A stretch of 64,000 bases of DNA, taken from assembly GCA_004556055.1 (NCBI GenBank), contig SFIW01000001.1, positions 58,996 through 122,995 on the forward strand. Reading direction: 5' to 3'. The translations under genes were made by a program, and so were the position numbers. Below, piece by piece: positions 48,149-58,058 of this stretch (position 1 is its first letter; each line of letters begins with the position of its first letter). The notes beneath the pieces were generated by a model. That model worked only from the letters and a program-made list of their open reading frames with translations. It was not told where the DNA came from and did not search any database. The stretch is from Planctomycetaceae bacterium. Its GTDB lineage: Bacteria > Planctomycetota > Planctomycetia > Pirellulales > Thermoguttaceae.

Positions 48149-49546
48149 ATGATAGATAAAATTCGGACAATGTTCTCAATCGCTGAATTGAGAAAAAAGA
48201 TAATGCTGACGATCGGCCTTATCGCTATCTATCGTCTTGGTTGGAATATCTTCCTTCCAATGGTCGATAGTAATATGGTATCTGCTTTTGGCGGAGCGAA
48301 CGGCTTTGGCGATCTTCTTAACCAAGTAGCTGTTTTTTCCGGGACGCAGTTGGATCAAATGACTATTTTTGGTCTGGGGATCATGCCATATATTTCGGCG
48401 TCTATTATATTCCAACTTCTCGCGACCGTCTATGAGCCTCTTGAAAAACTCCAGAAAGAGGGTGAAAGCGGGCGCAAGAAGATTAACGAATACACTAGAT
48501 ATGCAACTATTGTCATATGCATCATTCAATCGATGGCATATCTGTCGATGCTTAACGCTCAAGCGGCTCAGCAAGTCGCTTCGAACGGTTATCAACAAAT
48601 GTTTTTGAGCAGTTGCGTTTCTGAGAACGGTCACTTGACTTTCGCTTGGTACTGGTTGGCGATTCTTATTATGACGACCGGGACGGCGTTTCTTATGTGG
48701 CTCGGCGAACAGATAGACGAATATGGCATAGGCAATGGTATCAGTTTGTTGATTATGGCCGGTATTCTCGCACGAGCGCCGGGCGCCATTATGGAATTGT
48801 GGGTTGCCGCGGCCAGCGACGGCGGTCTCAAGCTTGGCGGCGCTTTCGGCGTTGAAACGTTGTGCTTCCTTGTCGCTCTATTCTTCCTAGTTGTACTAGC
48901 CGTCGTCTTCGTTACGAAGGGACAGCGCCGAATTCCTACTCAAAGCGCGAAACATGTTAGAGGTCGTCAGGTTTATGGCGGAAGCCGTCAATATCTTCCG
49001 CTTCGCGTCAACCAGGCTGGCGTTATGCCGATCATCTTTGCGAGCAGCCTTTTGCTGTTCCCCCAATTCCTTTTCGCCTATTTGAATTCAAATCTTGCGT
49101 CTGATTCCTCTTCGTTCTGGATTTCCTTCGTACGAGGCGGTTACGAGATTTTCAGCGGAAGTCAGTCTTTCACGTACGTAATTCTTGACGTTGCGCTTAT
49201 TTACTTCTTCTGCTACTTCTGGACGGCGGTTACGTTCAATCCCAAGGATATGGCTGACAATCTCAAGCGAAGCGGTACCTTTATCCAAGGTTATCGTCCC
49301 GGTAGCAGCACCTCCAATTATCTCGAAAAGGTGATGTTGCGTATCACGTATGTTGGCGCTTCTTTCCTTGCGATCATAGCGATCGTTCCGACGCTTATTA
49401 CGAATTCGCTTCACGTCGGCTATAGTCTAGCGAGTTTCTTCGGCGGCACGAGTTTATTAATCGCCGTTAGCGTTGTTCTCGACCTCGTTGATAAGATCGA
49501 CGCGCACTTGATCATGCGTAATTACAAGAGTCTTCTCGAAAAATAA
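48149..49546 (+). CDS. secY: preprotein translocase subunit SecY
   Basis: 465 aa, 10 TM helices, GIMPYISASIIFQLL motif. Confidence 0.96.
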   Translation: MIDKIRTMFSIAELRKKIMLTIGLIAIYRLGWNIFLPMVDSNMVSAFGGANGFGDLLNQVAVFSGTQLDQMTIFGLGIMPYISASIIFQLLATVYEPLEKLQKEGESGRKKINEYTRYATIVICIIQSMAYLSMLNAQAAQQVASNGYQQMFLSSCVSENGHLTFAWYWLAILIMTTGTAFLMWLGEQIDEYGIGNGISLLIMAGILARAPGAIMELWVAAASDGGLKLGGAFGVETLCFLVALFFLVVLAVVFVTKGQRRIPTQSAKHVRGRQVYGGSRQYLPLRVNQAGVMPIIFASSLLLFPQFLFAYLNSNLASDSSSFWISFVRGGYEIFSGSQSFTYVILDVALIYFFCYFWTAVTFNPKDMADNLKRSGTFIQGYRPGSSTSNYLEKVMLRITYVGASFLAIIAIVPTLITNSLHVGYSLASFFGGTSLLIAVSVVLDLVDKIDAHLIMRNYKSLLEK

Positions 49547-49577
49547 TTACCTATAAACTTTGTTAAATCTAGGAAAC

Positions 49578-49612
49578 GGCGTTGAACGTTTTTTACGTTG
49601 GACGCCTTTTTG
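49578..49612 (+). terminator. intrinsic terminator after secY
   Basis: 12-bp stem 49578-49589 / 49595-49606 (one mismatch, one G-U pair) followed by TTTTT. Confidence 0.6.
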
Positions 49613-49666
49613 TAATTTATTTGAGGCCCATTCAGATCGATTTGTCGATCAGTTAAAGGATTCAAT

Positions 49667-50218
49667 ATGCGAGTAGTTTTTGTAGGTCCTCCAGGAGCTG
49701 GTAAAGGAACGCAGGCTGAAAATATCGTTCGCGATTATGGTTTATTTCACCTTTCGACCGGCGACGCTCTGCGAGCCGCCGTGAAGGCGCAGTCTCCTAT
49801 TGGAATCGAAGCCGACAAATATATGAAAGCCGGCGCGTTGGTTCCAGATGAAGTTGTCATTGGCGTCGTAGTCGAAAGGCTTGAAGAAGCGAAAGACGGC
49901 TGTCTACTCGACGGTTTTCCGCGCACTATCGCTCAAGCTGAAGCCCTCGATAAAATCTTAGCGGAAAAGAACGCCCCTCTCGACGTTGTTCTTGAGTTGG
50001 CCGTTCCTGAAGAGGAATTGTATAAGCGTCTAGCGTCTCGCGGTCGCGCCGACGACAATCCTGACGTTATCAAACAGAGACTTGTCGCCTATCACAATCA
50101 AACGGAACCTTTGGTCGGATATTATAGCAAAGCCGGTATCTTGAGAAAGATCGACGGTCTTGGTACTATCGACGAAATTTACGCTCGTATCCAAAAAGTT
50201 CTAGACGAATATAAATAA
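49667..50218 (+). CDS. adk: adenylate kinase (short-LID type, 183 aa)
   Basis: GPPGAGKGTQA. No Cys4 and no long LID insertion. Confidence 0.94.
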   Translation: MRVVFVGPPGAGKGTQAENIVRDYGLFHLSTGDALRAAVKAQSPIGIEADKYMKAGALVPDEVVIGVVVERLEEAKDGCLLDGFPRTIAQAEALDKILAEKNAPLDVVLELAVPEEELYKRLASRGRADDNPDVIKQRLVAYHNQTEPLVGYYSKAGILRKIDGLGTIDEIYARIQKVLDEYK

Positions 50219-50238
50219 TCTCTTTTACTTAAGCGTCG

Positions 50239-50266
50239 ACCGGGACTGTAGTCCCGGTTTTTTTTG
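50239..50266 (+). terminator. intrinsic terminator after adk
   Basis: ACCGGGAC (50239-50246) / GTCCCGGT (50251-50258) followed by a T-run. Confidence 0.75.
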
Positions 50267-50319
50267 AATTCGAGACGAAAAACGTATCGTCATGATAATA
50301 CAAAATGAAGGGTAAATAT

Positions 50320-51150
50320 ATGCTCTCGCTTAAGACAGAAAAAGATATTTGGAAGATGAGGAAAGCTGGGCTCCTCACCTGGTCCGCTCACGAACTGGTG
50401 CGCCAAATTATTCGCCCCGGTATGACGACCGCTGAATTGGACAGGGAAGTAGAAAATCTTTTCACGCGCAATTATGCGGTTGGGATGTTCAAAGGCGTTC
50501 CCGGACGCGTCCCATTCCCGGCCGTTACGTGCGTCTCAATCAACGAACAAGTTGTTCACGGGATCCCTGGCGACCGCGTGATCAAAGACGGCGATCTTGT
50601 GAGCGTCGACCTTGGATGTAAGATTGACGGGTGGTGTGGCGACGCCGCGTACTCAAGTCTTGTAGGGAACGTGTCAAAAGAGGCGGAAGACTTGGTGAAG
50701 TGTACGCGCGACGTTCTCAACCTCGCGATCAAGCGCCTCGAGACGGCGAGATATTGGAGCGAAGTAGCTCGCGATATGGAGAAATTTGTCCGGGGGCACG
50801 GATATTCGGTAGTGGAATCTTTCGTTGGGCATGGTATAGGCAGAACGATGCATGAAGCGCCGCAGGTGCCTAACTTTGTCTACAGCGAATTCGTCAAGCA
50901 TGAGGACTTTCAGATTAAACCTGGTTTAGTCATAGCGGTCGAACCGATGGTGAACGCCGGGGGCAAACGAGTTAGACAGCTGAACGATTATTGGACGATC
51001 GTCACGGTTGACGGACGTTTGAGCGCGCACGAAGAACACACGATCGGAATTCTTAAAACAGGTCCGCTTGTTTTAACGGGGCCTCCGCAAACGCAAGAAG
51101 AACAAGAGCAAGTAGACGAGTTTTTCCGACGTTATCGAGAAAACAAGTAG
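50320..51150 (+). CDS. map: methionine aminopeptidase type I
   Basis: MLSLKTEKDIWKMRKAG... aligns with the Map N-terminus. The ATG at 50320 follows AAGGG. Confidence 0.92.
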   Translation: MLSLKTEKDIWKMRKAGLLTWSAHELVRQIIRPGMTTAELDREVENLFTRNYAVGMFKGVPGRVPFPAVTCVSINEQVVHGIPGDRVIKDGDLVSVDLGCKIDGWCGDAAYSSLVGNVSKEAEDLVKCTRDVLNLAIKRLETARYWSEVARDMEKFVRGHGYSVVESFVGHGIGRTMHEAPQVPNFVYSEFVKHEDFQIKPGLVIAVEPMVNAGGKRVRQLNDYWTIVTVDGRLSAHEEHTIGILKTGPLVLTGPPQTQEEQEQVDEFFRRYRENK

Positions 51151-51211
51151 TCGTTCCAATGGAAGGGAAAGAGAGCAGGGTCAAGAAAAGAGAAAAAATC
51201 CATTTGTCCAC

Positions 51212-51239
51212 TTGATTATATCTGTTTATCCCTTAGAAT
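51212..51239 (+). promoter_or_regulatory. candidate promoter for rpmJ-rpsM-rpsK-rpsD-rpoA-rplQ
   Basis: TTGATT (51212-51217), 16-nt spacer, TAGAAT (51234-51239). Confidence 0.45.
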
Positions 51240-51318
51240 AAACTACAATTCGGCTAGTTGCGGGAGACGTTCAATTGTGCGTCGCCCGCTTGGCTCGTTT
51301 TTAGTAAGGAACGAAATA

Positions 51319-51432
51319 ATGAAAGTTCAAGCTAGTGTTAAACGAATTTGCGAGAACTGCAAAATCGTTAAGCGTAAGGGCAAGGTCTACGTTATTTGTG
51401 TTAATCCACGACACAAGCAACGACAAGGCTGA
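51319..51432 (+). CDS. rpmJ: 50S ribosomal protein L36 (zinc form), absent from the ORF track
   Basis: Manual translation gives [37 protein letters not shown]. The ATG follows AAGGA. Confidence 0.93.
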   Translation: MKVQASVKRICENCKIVKRKGKVYVICVNPRHKQRQG

Positions 51433-51550
51433 GCGTGAGAGAGGCGTAGCCACAGTAGACGGAAGACGACGATCGGGTAATGTTTTAAACGTCTACGGCG
51501 CGCTGGAAGTCGAACATGCGTTCGAGTATTAAGTAATTAGGAGAAGTTAA

Positions 51551-51931
51551 ATGCCTCGTTTATTGGGCGTTGATATTCCAAACGATCGTCCGACCGTGGT
51601 CGCTCTAACGTATCTTTACGGCGTTGGACCCAAGATCGCGAGCGAACTTTGTTTGAAAGCTGGGGTTGATCCTACGGCGCGAGCGAAGGAGCTCAAAGAG
51701 GACGAAATTGCGAGATTGGCCGCTCTTCTCGATAACGAATATGTTGTCGAAGGTCAACTTCGTCGCCAAGTTCAGCAAAATATTGCCCGTCTTAATGCCA
51801 TTAAGTGTTATCGCGGTATTCGCCACCGTAAGGGCCTCCCCGTTCGTGGTCAACGAACAAAAACCAATGCTCGTACCCGTAAGGGACCCAAGAAGACCGT
51901 TGCCGGAAAGAAGGGCGTCAAGGATCGATAA
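51551..51931 (+). CDS. rpsM: 30S ribosomal protein S13
   Basis: MPRLLGVDIPNDR...GIRHRKGLPVRGQRTKTNART. Confidence 0.96.
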   Translation: MPRLLGVDIPNDRPTVVALTYLYGVGPKIASELCLKAGVDPTARAKELKEDEIARLAALLDNEYVVEGQLRRQVQQNIARLNAIKCYRGIRHRKGLPVRGQRTKTNARTRKGPKKTVAGKKGVKDR

Positions 51932-52084
51932 TTTTTCCTTGTCGGTTATTCGTCTCGGCGTTTAATGATTTTCTTATTTATAGGAAAGTTGCGACGAGAC
52001 GGAAAGAAGGTATTGGAATTTATTAGACTAAGAATCAAATATTCCGTTCAGTTAGATACGGAATAAAAGTCTGGAGATAATACT

Positions 52085-52468
52085 GTGGCTAAGGTTTCTA
52101 AGAAACGTAAGATCAAGAGAAGCGTTGCGAGCGGGATCGTACACATCAAAGTCACGTACAATAATACGATTGTGACGATCACCGACATGAAAGGCGACAC
52201 CCTTTGTTGGGCGACCGCCGGTACTTGCGGTTTCAAAGGTAGCCGTAAATCTACGGCTTTTGCTGGACAAATGGCTGCGCAGCAGGCGGCTGATAAAGCT
52301 AAAAAGTTCGGTATGAAAGAGGTTGACGTTCGCGTAAAGGGCCCCGGAAGCGGTCGCGATTTGGCTATTACGGCTATCGCGCAGTCTGGCCTCACTGTCA
52401 AAACGTTAGAAGACGTGAGCCCGTTGCCCCATAACGGTTGTCGTCCTCCGAAGCGTCGCCGTGTCTGA
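52085..52468 (+). CDS. rpsK: 30S ribosomal protein S11
   Basis: [19 protein letters not shown]...W...[13 protein letters not shown] start after GGAG. Confidence 0.95.
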   Translation: MAKVSKKRKIKRSVASGIVHIKVTYNNTIVTITDMKGDTLCWATAGTCGFKGSRKSTAFAGQMAAQQAADKAKKFGMKEVDVRVKGPGSGRDLAITAIAQSGLTVKTLEDVSPLPHNGCRPPKRRRV

Positions 52469-52579
52469 TCTTATTCTTTTGGACGCGCTTTGTTTATTAG
52501 GTAACGGCAGTCCAAAGAAGATCAAATTGACGCACTTTTAGAAAACAAATATCGAATTTTAAAATATTGGAGCAAAATA

Positions 52580-53251
52580 ATGGCTCGAACTTTAGGACCC
52601 GTCTGCAAAAGATGCCGTCGTGAAGGCGTAAAGCTCTTCCTGAAGGGAACTCGTTGCGATTCTCCGATGTGCCCCTTTGAAAAAGCTGGCGCGAACAAAA
52701 AACCTCTTCCTCCTGGAATGCATGGTTTCAAACGTGGAAAAATGACGGAATATGGCGAACAGCTTCGTGAAAAGCAGAAGGTCAAGACCTTCTATGGCGT
52801 GCTTGAAACGCAATTCCGTAAGTATTATCAAATGGCCGAACGTTCAAAAGGTAATACGGGTTTGGTCTTGATGTCTCTTCTCGAAAGACGTCTTGACAAC
52901 GTAGTGTACCGTCTTGGCTTTGCGACGTCTCGCAGCCAGGCTCGTCAGTTGATTGCGCACGGTCATATTTGCGTGAATGGACGTCGTCTTGACGTAGCGA
53001 GTTATCTGACTCGTCCGGGCGATTCCATCGCTATCAAGGTTTACAAGCGAGAAGGCGAAAAGTCGAAGCGTCAGGGCCCCATGGGGATTGCGAAGTTCTC
53101 TCTCGAGAACCTTGGCGCTCGCCAGACTCCCGATTATCTCGTCCGTAACGACGGCGACGTTCCTAGCGGCGTCGTTCTTCGTTACCCGCTCTTCGACGAC
53201 GTCTCCTTGCCCGTCAATCCGCAACTTATCGTCGAACTTTGCTCGAAATGA
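52580..53251 (+). CDS. rpsD: 30S ribosomal protein S4 (Cys-cluster N-terminus)
   Basis: CKRCRREG...CDSPMC, and the S4 domain RRLDNVVYRLGFA.SR.QARQLI.HGHI.VNG. Confidence 0.95.
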   Translation: MARTLGPVCKRCRREGVKLFLKGTRCDSPMCPFEKAGANKKPLPPGMHGFKRGKMTEYGEQLREKQKVKTFYGVLETQFRKYYQMAERSKGNTGLVLMSLLERRLDNVVYRLGFATSRSQARQLIAHGHICVNGRRLDVASYLTRPGDSIAIKVYKREGEKSKRQGPMGIAKFSLENLGARQTPDYLVRNDGDVPSGVVLRYPLFDDVSLPVNPQLIVELCSK

Positions 53252-53401
53252 TCCATATAGCGGCGTTTGCAACGGAGAGACTCTGAGTTTCTTCGTTTGC
53301 ATACGCGCTCTTTTTGCGTCTATTCTTATTGGGGTATGCGCGAGAAGAGAGAGGGTCATATCTTTGTTTAACACGTCATTAACACTGGAGCGGACTGTAA
53401 C

Positions 53402-54418
53402 ATGAGAATCAGATGGAGGGGACTTGAGCTTCCCAGCAAAGTGAAATGCGAGCAAGCGACGCCAACTTTTGGGCGTTTCACCTGCGAGCCGTTTGAACGC
53501 GGTTTCGGCATCACTGTCGGCAACAGCTTGCGCAGGGCGCTTCTTTCCAGTCTAGAAGGAAGCGCGGTCACGAAGATTAAACTTCGAGGAGCTCAGCTTG
53601 AATTCACTTCTCTCGAGGGCGTCGTAGAAGACGTTACGGAAATCGTTTTGAATGTGAAATCGCTCATAGTGCGTTCTCACAACGAAGGTCCGAGCGTCAT
53701 TCGTATCGTGAAGACTGGTCCGGGCGAAGTGACCGGGCATGACGTAGTTTCAGATCAGAGTCATGTTGAAATCATCAACCCTGATCTTTTGATTGCGACC
53801 TTGACTCAAGACGTAGAGTTCGAACTTGAACTTGTCGTTGAAAACGGAAGGGGTTATGTTCCGGTAGGAGCTATGACTTCTGGTCGCGATCGCAATACAG
53901 AATCAGGTTATATTCCGATTGACGCATCCTTCAGTCCTGTCGTTAAAGTTAAGTACGACGTTCAAGAGACGCGCGTAGGTCAAAAGACGAACTATGAACG
54001 TTTAAACCTCGAGATTACGACTGACGGATCGATAACTCCGGAAATGGCTTTGGTTGAGGCGGCGAAGATTCTTCGTAAACATCTCAATCCGTTTATTCAA
54101 TACGATAGACCTGAGGGCGACGTTTTCTGCCGTCCGAAGTCTTCTATTGTCGACGGAGTTGATCCAGCGCTTGAGCAAAAGCTCGCGATGACGCTTTCCG
54201 ATTTAAAACTTTCCGTTCGTGCTTCGAACTGCCTCGAAAATGAGAATATCACTACGGTTGGCCAATTGGTGAGTCGTAACGAGGACGACCTCCTAGATCT
54301 TCGTAATTTCGGCGAAACTTCGTTGAACGAAGTCAAGCAGAAGCTTAACGAGATCGGTCTTCGTCTTGGAATGAGAGTTCCAGGAACCCAGGGTTCTCAA
54401 ATCGGTAAGTACAACTGA
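53402..54418 (+). CDS. rpoA: DNA-directed RNA polymerase subunit alpha
   Basis: [14 protein letters not shown], and a C-terminal domain with [19 protein letters not shown]. Confidence 0.96.
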   Translation: MRIRWRGLELPSKVKCEQATPTFGRFTCEPFERGFGITVGNSLRRALLSSLEGSAVTKIKLRGAQLEFTSLEGVVEDVTEIVLNVKSLIVRSHNEGPSVIRIVKTGPGEVTGHDVVSDQSHVEIINPDLLIATLTQDVEFELELVVENGRGYVPVGAMTSGRDRNTESGYIPIDASFSPVVKVKYDVQETRVGQKTNYERLNLEITTDGSITPEMALVEAAKILRKHLNPFIQYDRPEGDVFCRPKSSIVDGVDPALEQKLAMTLSDLKLSVRASNCLENENITTVGQLVSRNEDDLLDLRNFGETSLNEVKQKLNEIGLRLGMRVPGTQGSQIGKYN

Positions 54419-54450
54419 AACAACCGTAAATAGAAAAATAAGATAATACA

Positions 54451-55026
54451 ATGCGACATAGAAGAATTGGACGTAAATTTGGGCGCAATCCTAATCATCA
54501 GCGCGCCCTTCTGCGCAATCTCGCGATCTCGTTGATCCTCACGGAACGCGACGTCGAAGATTTCGATACGAAAGAACAGGCTCCGAAAACTGCTGGTCGT
54601 ATCACTACGACTCTTCCCAAAGCCAAGGAACTTCGTCCTTTCATCGAAAAGCTTATTACGAAAGCTGTCCATGCTCAAGCCTCTATCAAAGCGGCTGAGG
54701 AATTGGCCTGCAAAGCTGAAAAGAACACTGAAGAATGGAAGGCTTGGCGCCAAGGCGAAGGTTGGAAAGCTTGGGTTAAAGCTTCAGCTCCCGCTGTCGC
54801 CGCTCGTCGCGCCGTTTACGAAAAACTCAATAATCGTGAGGCCGTAACCCTTCTCTTTGACCGTATCGCTCCTCGTTACGTCGAACGTTGCGGCGGTTAC
54901 ACCCGTATCTACAAGCTCGCTAAGCCGCGTCTCGGCGACGCTGGTAAGCAGGCGATTATCGAGTTCGTCGGTGAAAACGATCGTCGTAATGTCGTCGCCG
55001 CTTCCGTCGTTCCTACCGTTGAATGA
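54451..55026 (+). CDS. rplQ: 50S ribosomal protein L17 (with internal insertion, 191 aa)
   Basis: MRHRRIGRKFGRNPNHQRALLRNL...GGYTRI.KL..R.GD. Confidence 0.93.
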   Translation: MRHRRIGRKFGRNPNHQRALLRNLAISLILTERDVEDFDTKEQAPKTAGRITTTLPKAKELRPFIEKLITKAVHAQASIKAAEELACKAEKNTEEWKAWRQGEGWKAWVKASAPAVAARRAVYEKLNNREAVTLLFDRIAPRYVERCGGYTRIYKLAKPRLGDAGKQAIIEFVGENDRRNVVAASVVPTVE

Positions 55027-55054
55027 TTTCTTCGACCATAAATTTCGGTCTAAT

Positions 55055-55086
55055 AAAGACGCTCGTTTCGGGCGTCTTTTTTATTT
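55055..55086 (+). terminator. intrinsic terminator after rplQ
   Basis: AAAGACGC (55055-55062) / GCGTCTTT (55072-55079) followed by a T-run. Confidence 0.7.
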
Positions 55087-55141
55087 ACTCGGCGATCCAA
55101 GAGCGCTAGGATATTATTTCAACATCTTCTCGGGAAATTTT

Positions 55142-55828
55142 ATGAGCCATTCTTCTTCTTCCGATAAGTATTTTGATTATCTGCAAGCTGTCAAAGATCT
55201 TTGCGGCAATCTTTGCCTGTCGCTTCGCGTCTTTCGTTCGATTAAGATTGACGAAGTCGGCTTCGCTCTTGCTCACGCTCAGAATAAAGATTCTCGATTT
55301 GGAAGATGGGCGTCAATGACCCCGCTTCGCTTTGAAGACGGCGCTCTCGCGACGCGAGTTACCCGACCCGTCAAAGCTCGGCTCCAAGGCAAAGTAATCG
55401 CCGTCGGGACTTCCGAACGCTACTATAAGACTCCTCGCGTCCTTTCGAGGGATGGTAAAACCGAACTCAAATACATTCTGACCATTGTTCAGCCGAGGTT
55501 CCATAATCTTTCCGTAGAAGAGAAAATCGACACTCTCATCCATGAACTCTATCATATCAGCGCCGATTTCAACGGCGACGTCAGACGTTTTCCCGGTAGA
55601 AACTGGCAACACGGTTCCAAAGCGCGCTATAACTTAATTTGCCAGAGCTTGCGTAAGGAATGGCTTCAAAGCGATCCTGAGCCGCGATACTACGAATTCT
55701 TGCAATGGCGTTTCAACGAGTTGTTAGAGCGGTTCGGAGGTATTCGAGGGTATACCTACCCGCAAATCAAGTTGGTCGAAATATCTAGAGAAGAAGCTAT
55801 TCGACTCAATCCCAAGTTGCGACAATGA
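55142..55828 (+). CDS. hypothetical protein with an HExxH motif (putative metallopeptidase)
   Basis: The ATG at 55142 lies downstream of the rplQ terminator. Motif TLIHELYHISADFNGDVRRF. Confidence 0.55.
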   Translation: MSHSSSSDKYFDYLQAVKDLCGNLCLSLRVFRSIKIDEVGFALAHAQNKDSRFGRWASMTPLRFEDGALATRVTRPVKARLQGKVIAVGTSERYYKTPRVLSRDGKTELKYILTIVQPRFHNLSVEEKIDTLIHELYHISADFNGDVRRFPGRNWQHGSKARYNLICQSLRKEWLQSDPEPRYYEFLQWRFNELLERFGGIRGYTYPQIKLVEISREEAIRLNPKLRQ

Positions 55829-55906
55829 CTCTCTGGCGCTAAAATCTTGACATGTTAAATTTTTTTTGCGCTTGCACTGGATAGTTTATTTCACGTTGGT
55901 AGCGAC

Positions 55907-56698
55907 ATGATTATATATGAGGGCGGGCAACTCGATCGCGCTGAATTTTCCGAAATCGTCAAGGACATTAAAACGATTTCCGACCGTCACGGGGCGACTT
56001 TAGTCACAAGCGGTCTGATTCAACCCGAAAAAGGGCTTCGAAACGTCGATTTTTTCTTTTTATTTCGTTCTTTTCCTCATGAATTTTTGCAGAGCGACGT
56101 CGAGGGATACCGAATGATATCCCCTCTTGCGCCGATCGTCGTCATAGCGGGGAAGTTTTGTGAAGGAGAAGATTATCACGGCGAGCTGTTTTCCGGGACG
56201 CGACGCTTTTATGTGGACGACTGGCGTTCTTTTGGACGAGAGGAATTTGAGAATTTCTTCCAGGGGAAGGGACTTTTTATGGAATCGCCCCTTACGCCGA
56301 CGTCAGCGCTTCCAGAATTTCGTATATTTTCACGGCGAGAGGGAGGGGGGAGAGAATCTATTGTGCTTTTGACCGACGATGAGAGCATAGCGACTCTCTG
56401 TCGAGAGACGATCCCTCCGGATACGCTTTGCGCCGTAGGCGGCTTGTTTTCTACGAAGGAGGAGCGCCCGCTTTGTTTGCCTATGAAACCAACGCGCATT
56501 ATAGTCGACGTGGCGGAGCTTTCCGATAGACGACTACCGGGGAAGATTGTCAAGCTTTGCAAACTTTACCCGTCGGCGAGAATAACAATTTGGGGATTTG
56601 CGCCGACCGATTCTGAGCGACGCGCATTCCAGAGTCCTGAGTATGAAGGAAGGGTAAATATCGCCGCCAAGCCCTTTAATCTTTGCGATCTATTTTAG
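55907..56698 (+). CDS. hypothetical protein, receiver (REC)-like C-terminal domain
   Basis: IVLLTDDE ... IIVDVAEL ... ITIWGFAP ... AAKPFNLCDLF follows the order of CheY-like landmarks. The N-terminal half may be a degenerate REC. Confidence 0.45.
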   Translation: MIIYEGGQLDRAEFSEIVKDIKTISDRHGATLVTSGLIQPEKGLRNVDFFFLFRSFPHEFLQSDVEGYRMISPLAPIVVIAGKFCEGEDYHGELFSGTRRFYVDDWRSFGREEFENFFQGKGLFMESPLTPTSALPEFRIFSRREGGGRESIVLLTDDESIATLCRETIPPDTLCAVGGLFSTKEERPLCLPMKPTRIIVDVAELSDRRLPGKIVKLCKLYPSARITIWGFAPTDSERRAFQSPEYEGRVNIAAKPFNLCDLF

Positions 56699-56873
56699 CG
56701 AGGTCAACGAGCCGACTAAATAATTTATCAAAAGGCGCTTTGTAGGGTTGTATTTGTTTGACACGGGTTGTCTAACGAATATTTTAAATTAGAATGATAG
56801 GGTTAAAGAGGACGAAACGCGCGCTTAGTGAGCCTTGCGCGTACTATTCCGCAAGACAGGAGAGAAGAAGGTT

Positions 56874-57977
56874 ATGCCTGTAGAACGCGAACAGATAGAC
56901 CGAGCCGAACAGATTCGCAACGGACTCGATCAGTTGAAAGTTTCGTTAGACTACGACGCGAAGAAGCACGAGATTGAAGAGCTAGACGCGCAGATGACGG
57001 CGCCTGGCTTCTGGGACGATCAGGAGAAAGCCCAGAGCGTCGTCGCTAAAATCAAGGCGTTGAAGACGCTGGTACGTCCGATGGACGAGATTCTGAGCGA
57101 GCTTGAAGAACTCGACGTTTTTTTTGAGTTGGGACGCGAGGACGAGGAAACTGCGGCGGAAATACCCGCCAAGCTCCAAGAGATTGAAAAGACGCTTGGC
57201 GATTTACAGACGGCCGCGCTTTTGAACGGTCCCTTTGACGCGAACGACGCGATTCTTACGATCAATGCGCGCGACGGCGGAACCGACGCCAACGACTGGG
57301 CGGAGATGCTTTTGCGCATGTATATCAACTGGGCGCAATCGCGCGGTTATCAGGTTGAGCTTCTCGACCGGCAGGACAACGAAGAGGCGGGTATTAACAG
57401 CGCGTCGTTGATGGTGCGCGGGCCGATGGCTTACGGATACTTAAAGAGCGAGATTGGGACGCATCGTCTTGTCCGAATAAGTCCTTTCAACTCGGAAGGA
57501 AAGAGGCAGACGAGCTTTGCCGCAGTCGACGTCAACCCAGACGTCGACGATTCGATCCACGTGGATATCAATCCTGAAGACGTTCGCGAAGACGTATTCC
57601 GTTCGAGCGGAGCCGGCGGTCAGCACGTTAATAAGACGTCGAGCGCGATTCGCTTGACGCATATACCGACGAATACGGTAGTTCAGTGCCAAAACGAGCG
57701 GAGCCAGCATAAAAACCGCGCGACGGCGTGGAAGATGCTTAGGGCGCGTTTGCTTCAGCGCGAGGAAGAAAAACGCGAACAGCAGATGTCCGAGAAATAT
57801 AAGAATCTTTCGAAGGTTGGGTTTGGTTCTCAGATACGAAACTATTTCTTACATCCAGATCAACGCGTGAAGGATTCGCGCACGGGTTATTCCGTCGGTA
57901 ATTTTCACGAAGTTCTTGACGGAGGCGTTCAGCCTTTTATGGAAGAATATCTTCGTTGGCGCGTTAAGACGGATTGA
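56874..57977 (+). CDS. prfB: peptide chain release factor 2 (single in-frame ORF)
   Basis: SPF tripeptide (VRISPFNS) and GGQ (SGAGGQHVNKT). The ATG at 56874 follows GGAGAGAAGAAGG. LKVSLDYDAKK is read in frame. Confidence 0.93.
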   Translation: MPVEREQIDRAEQIRNGLDQLKVSLDYDAKKHEIEELDAQMTAPGFWDDQEKAQSVVAKIKALKTLVRPMDEILSELEELDVFFELGREDEETAAEIPAKLQEIEKTLGDLQTAALLNGPFDANDAILTINARDGGTDANDWAEMLLRMYINWAQSRGYQVELLDRQDNEEAGINSASLMVRGPMAYGYLKSEIGTHRLVRISPFNSEGKRQTSFAAVDVNPDVDDSIHVDINPEDVREDVFRSSGAGGQHVNKTSSAIRLTHIPTNTVVQCQNERSQHKNRATAWKMLRARLLQREEEKREQQMSEKYKNLSKVGFGSQIRNYFLHPDQRVKDSRTGYSVGNFHEVLDGGVQPFMEEYLRWRVKTD

Positions 57978-58058
57978 TATGAGAGAGATTCGTGCGGCTC
58001 ATGCGGCGTATCGAACCGCAGGGCCGCGTCAGGCTTTATAGCAACGAGGAGTTCAGCG

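Noticed and set aside
49667-50218. Adenylate kinase is only 183 aa, with no long LID and no zinc cluster
   Set aside because: Short-LID bacterial Adk variants are already known (for example in mycobacteria), so this is not novel.
51335-51532. 65-aa ORF listed in the track
   Set aside because: It overlaps the genuine rpmJ in another frame and extends into the rpsM leader. It has no Shine-Dalgarno sequence and no homology signal.
56835-57977. Looked for the programmed +1 frameshift (CUU UGA C) typical of prfB
   Set aside because: The region encoding LKVSLDYDAKK (tcg tta gac tac gac) is read in a single frame with no internal UGA. RF2 here is encoded without a frameshift.
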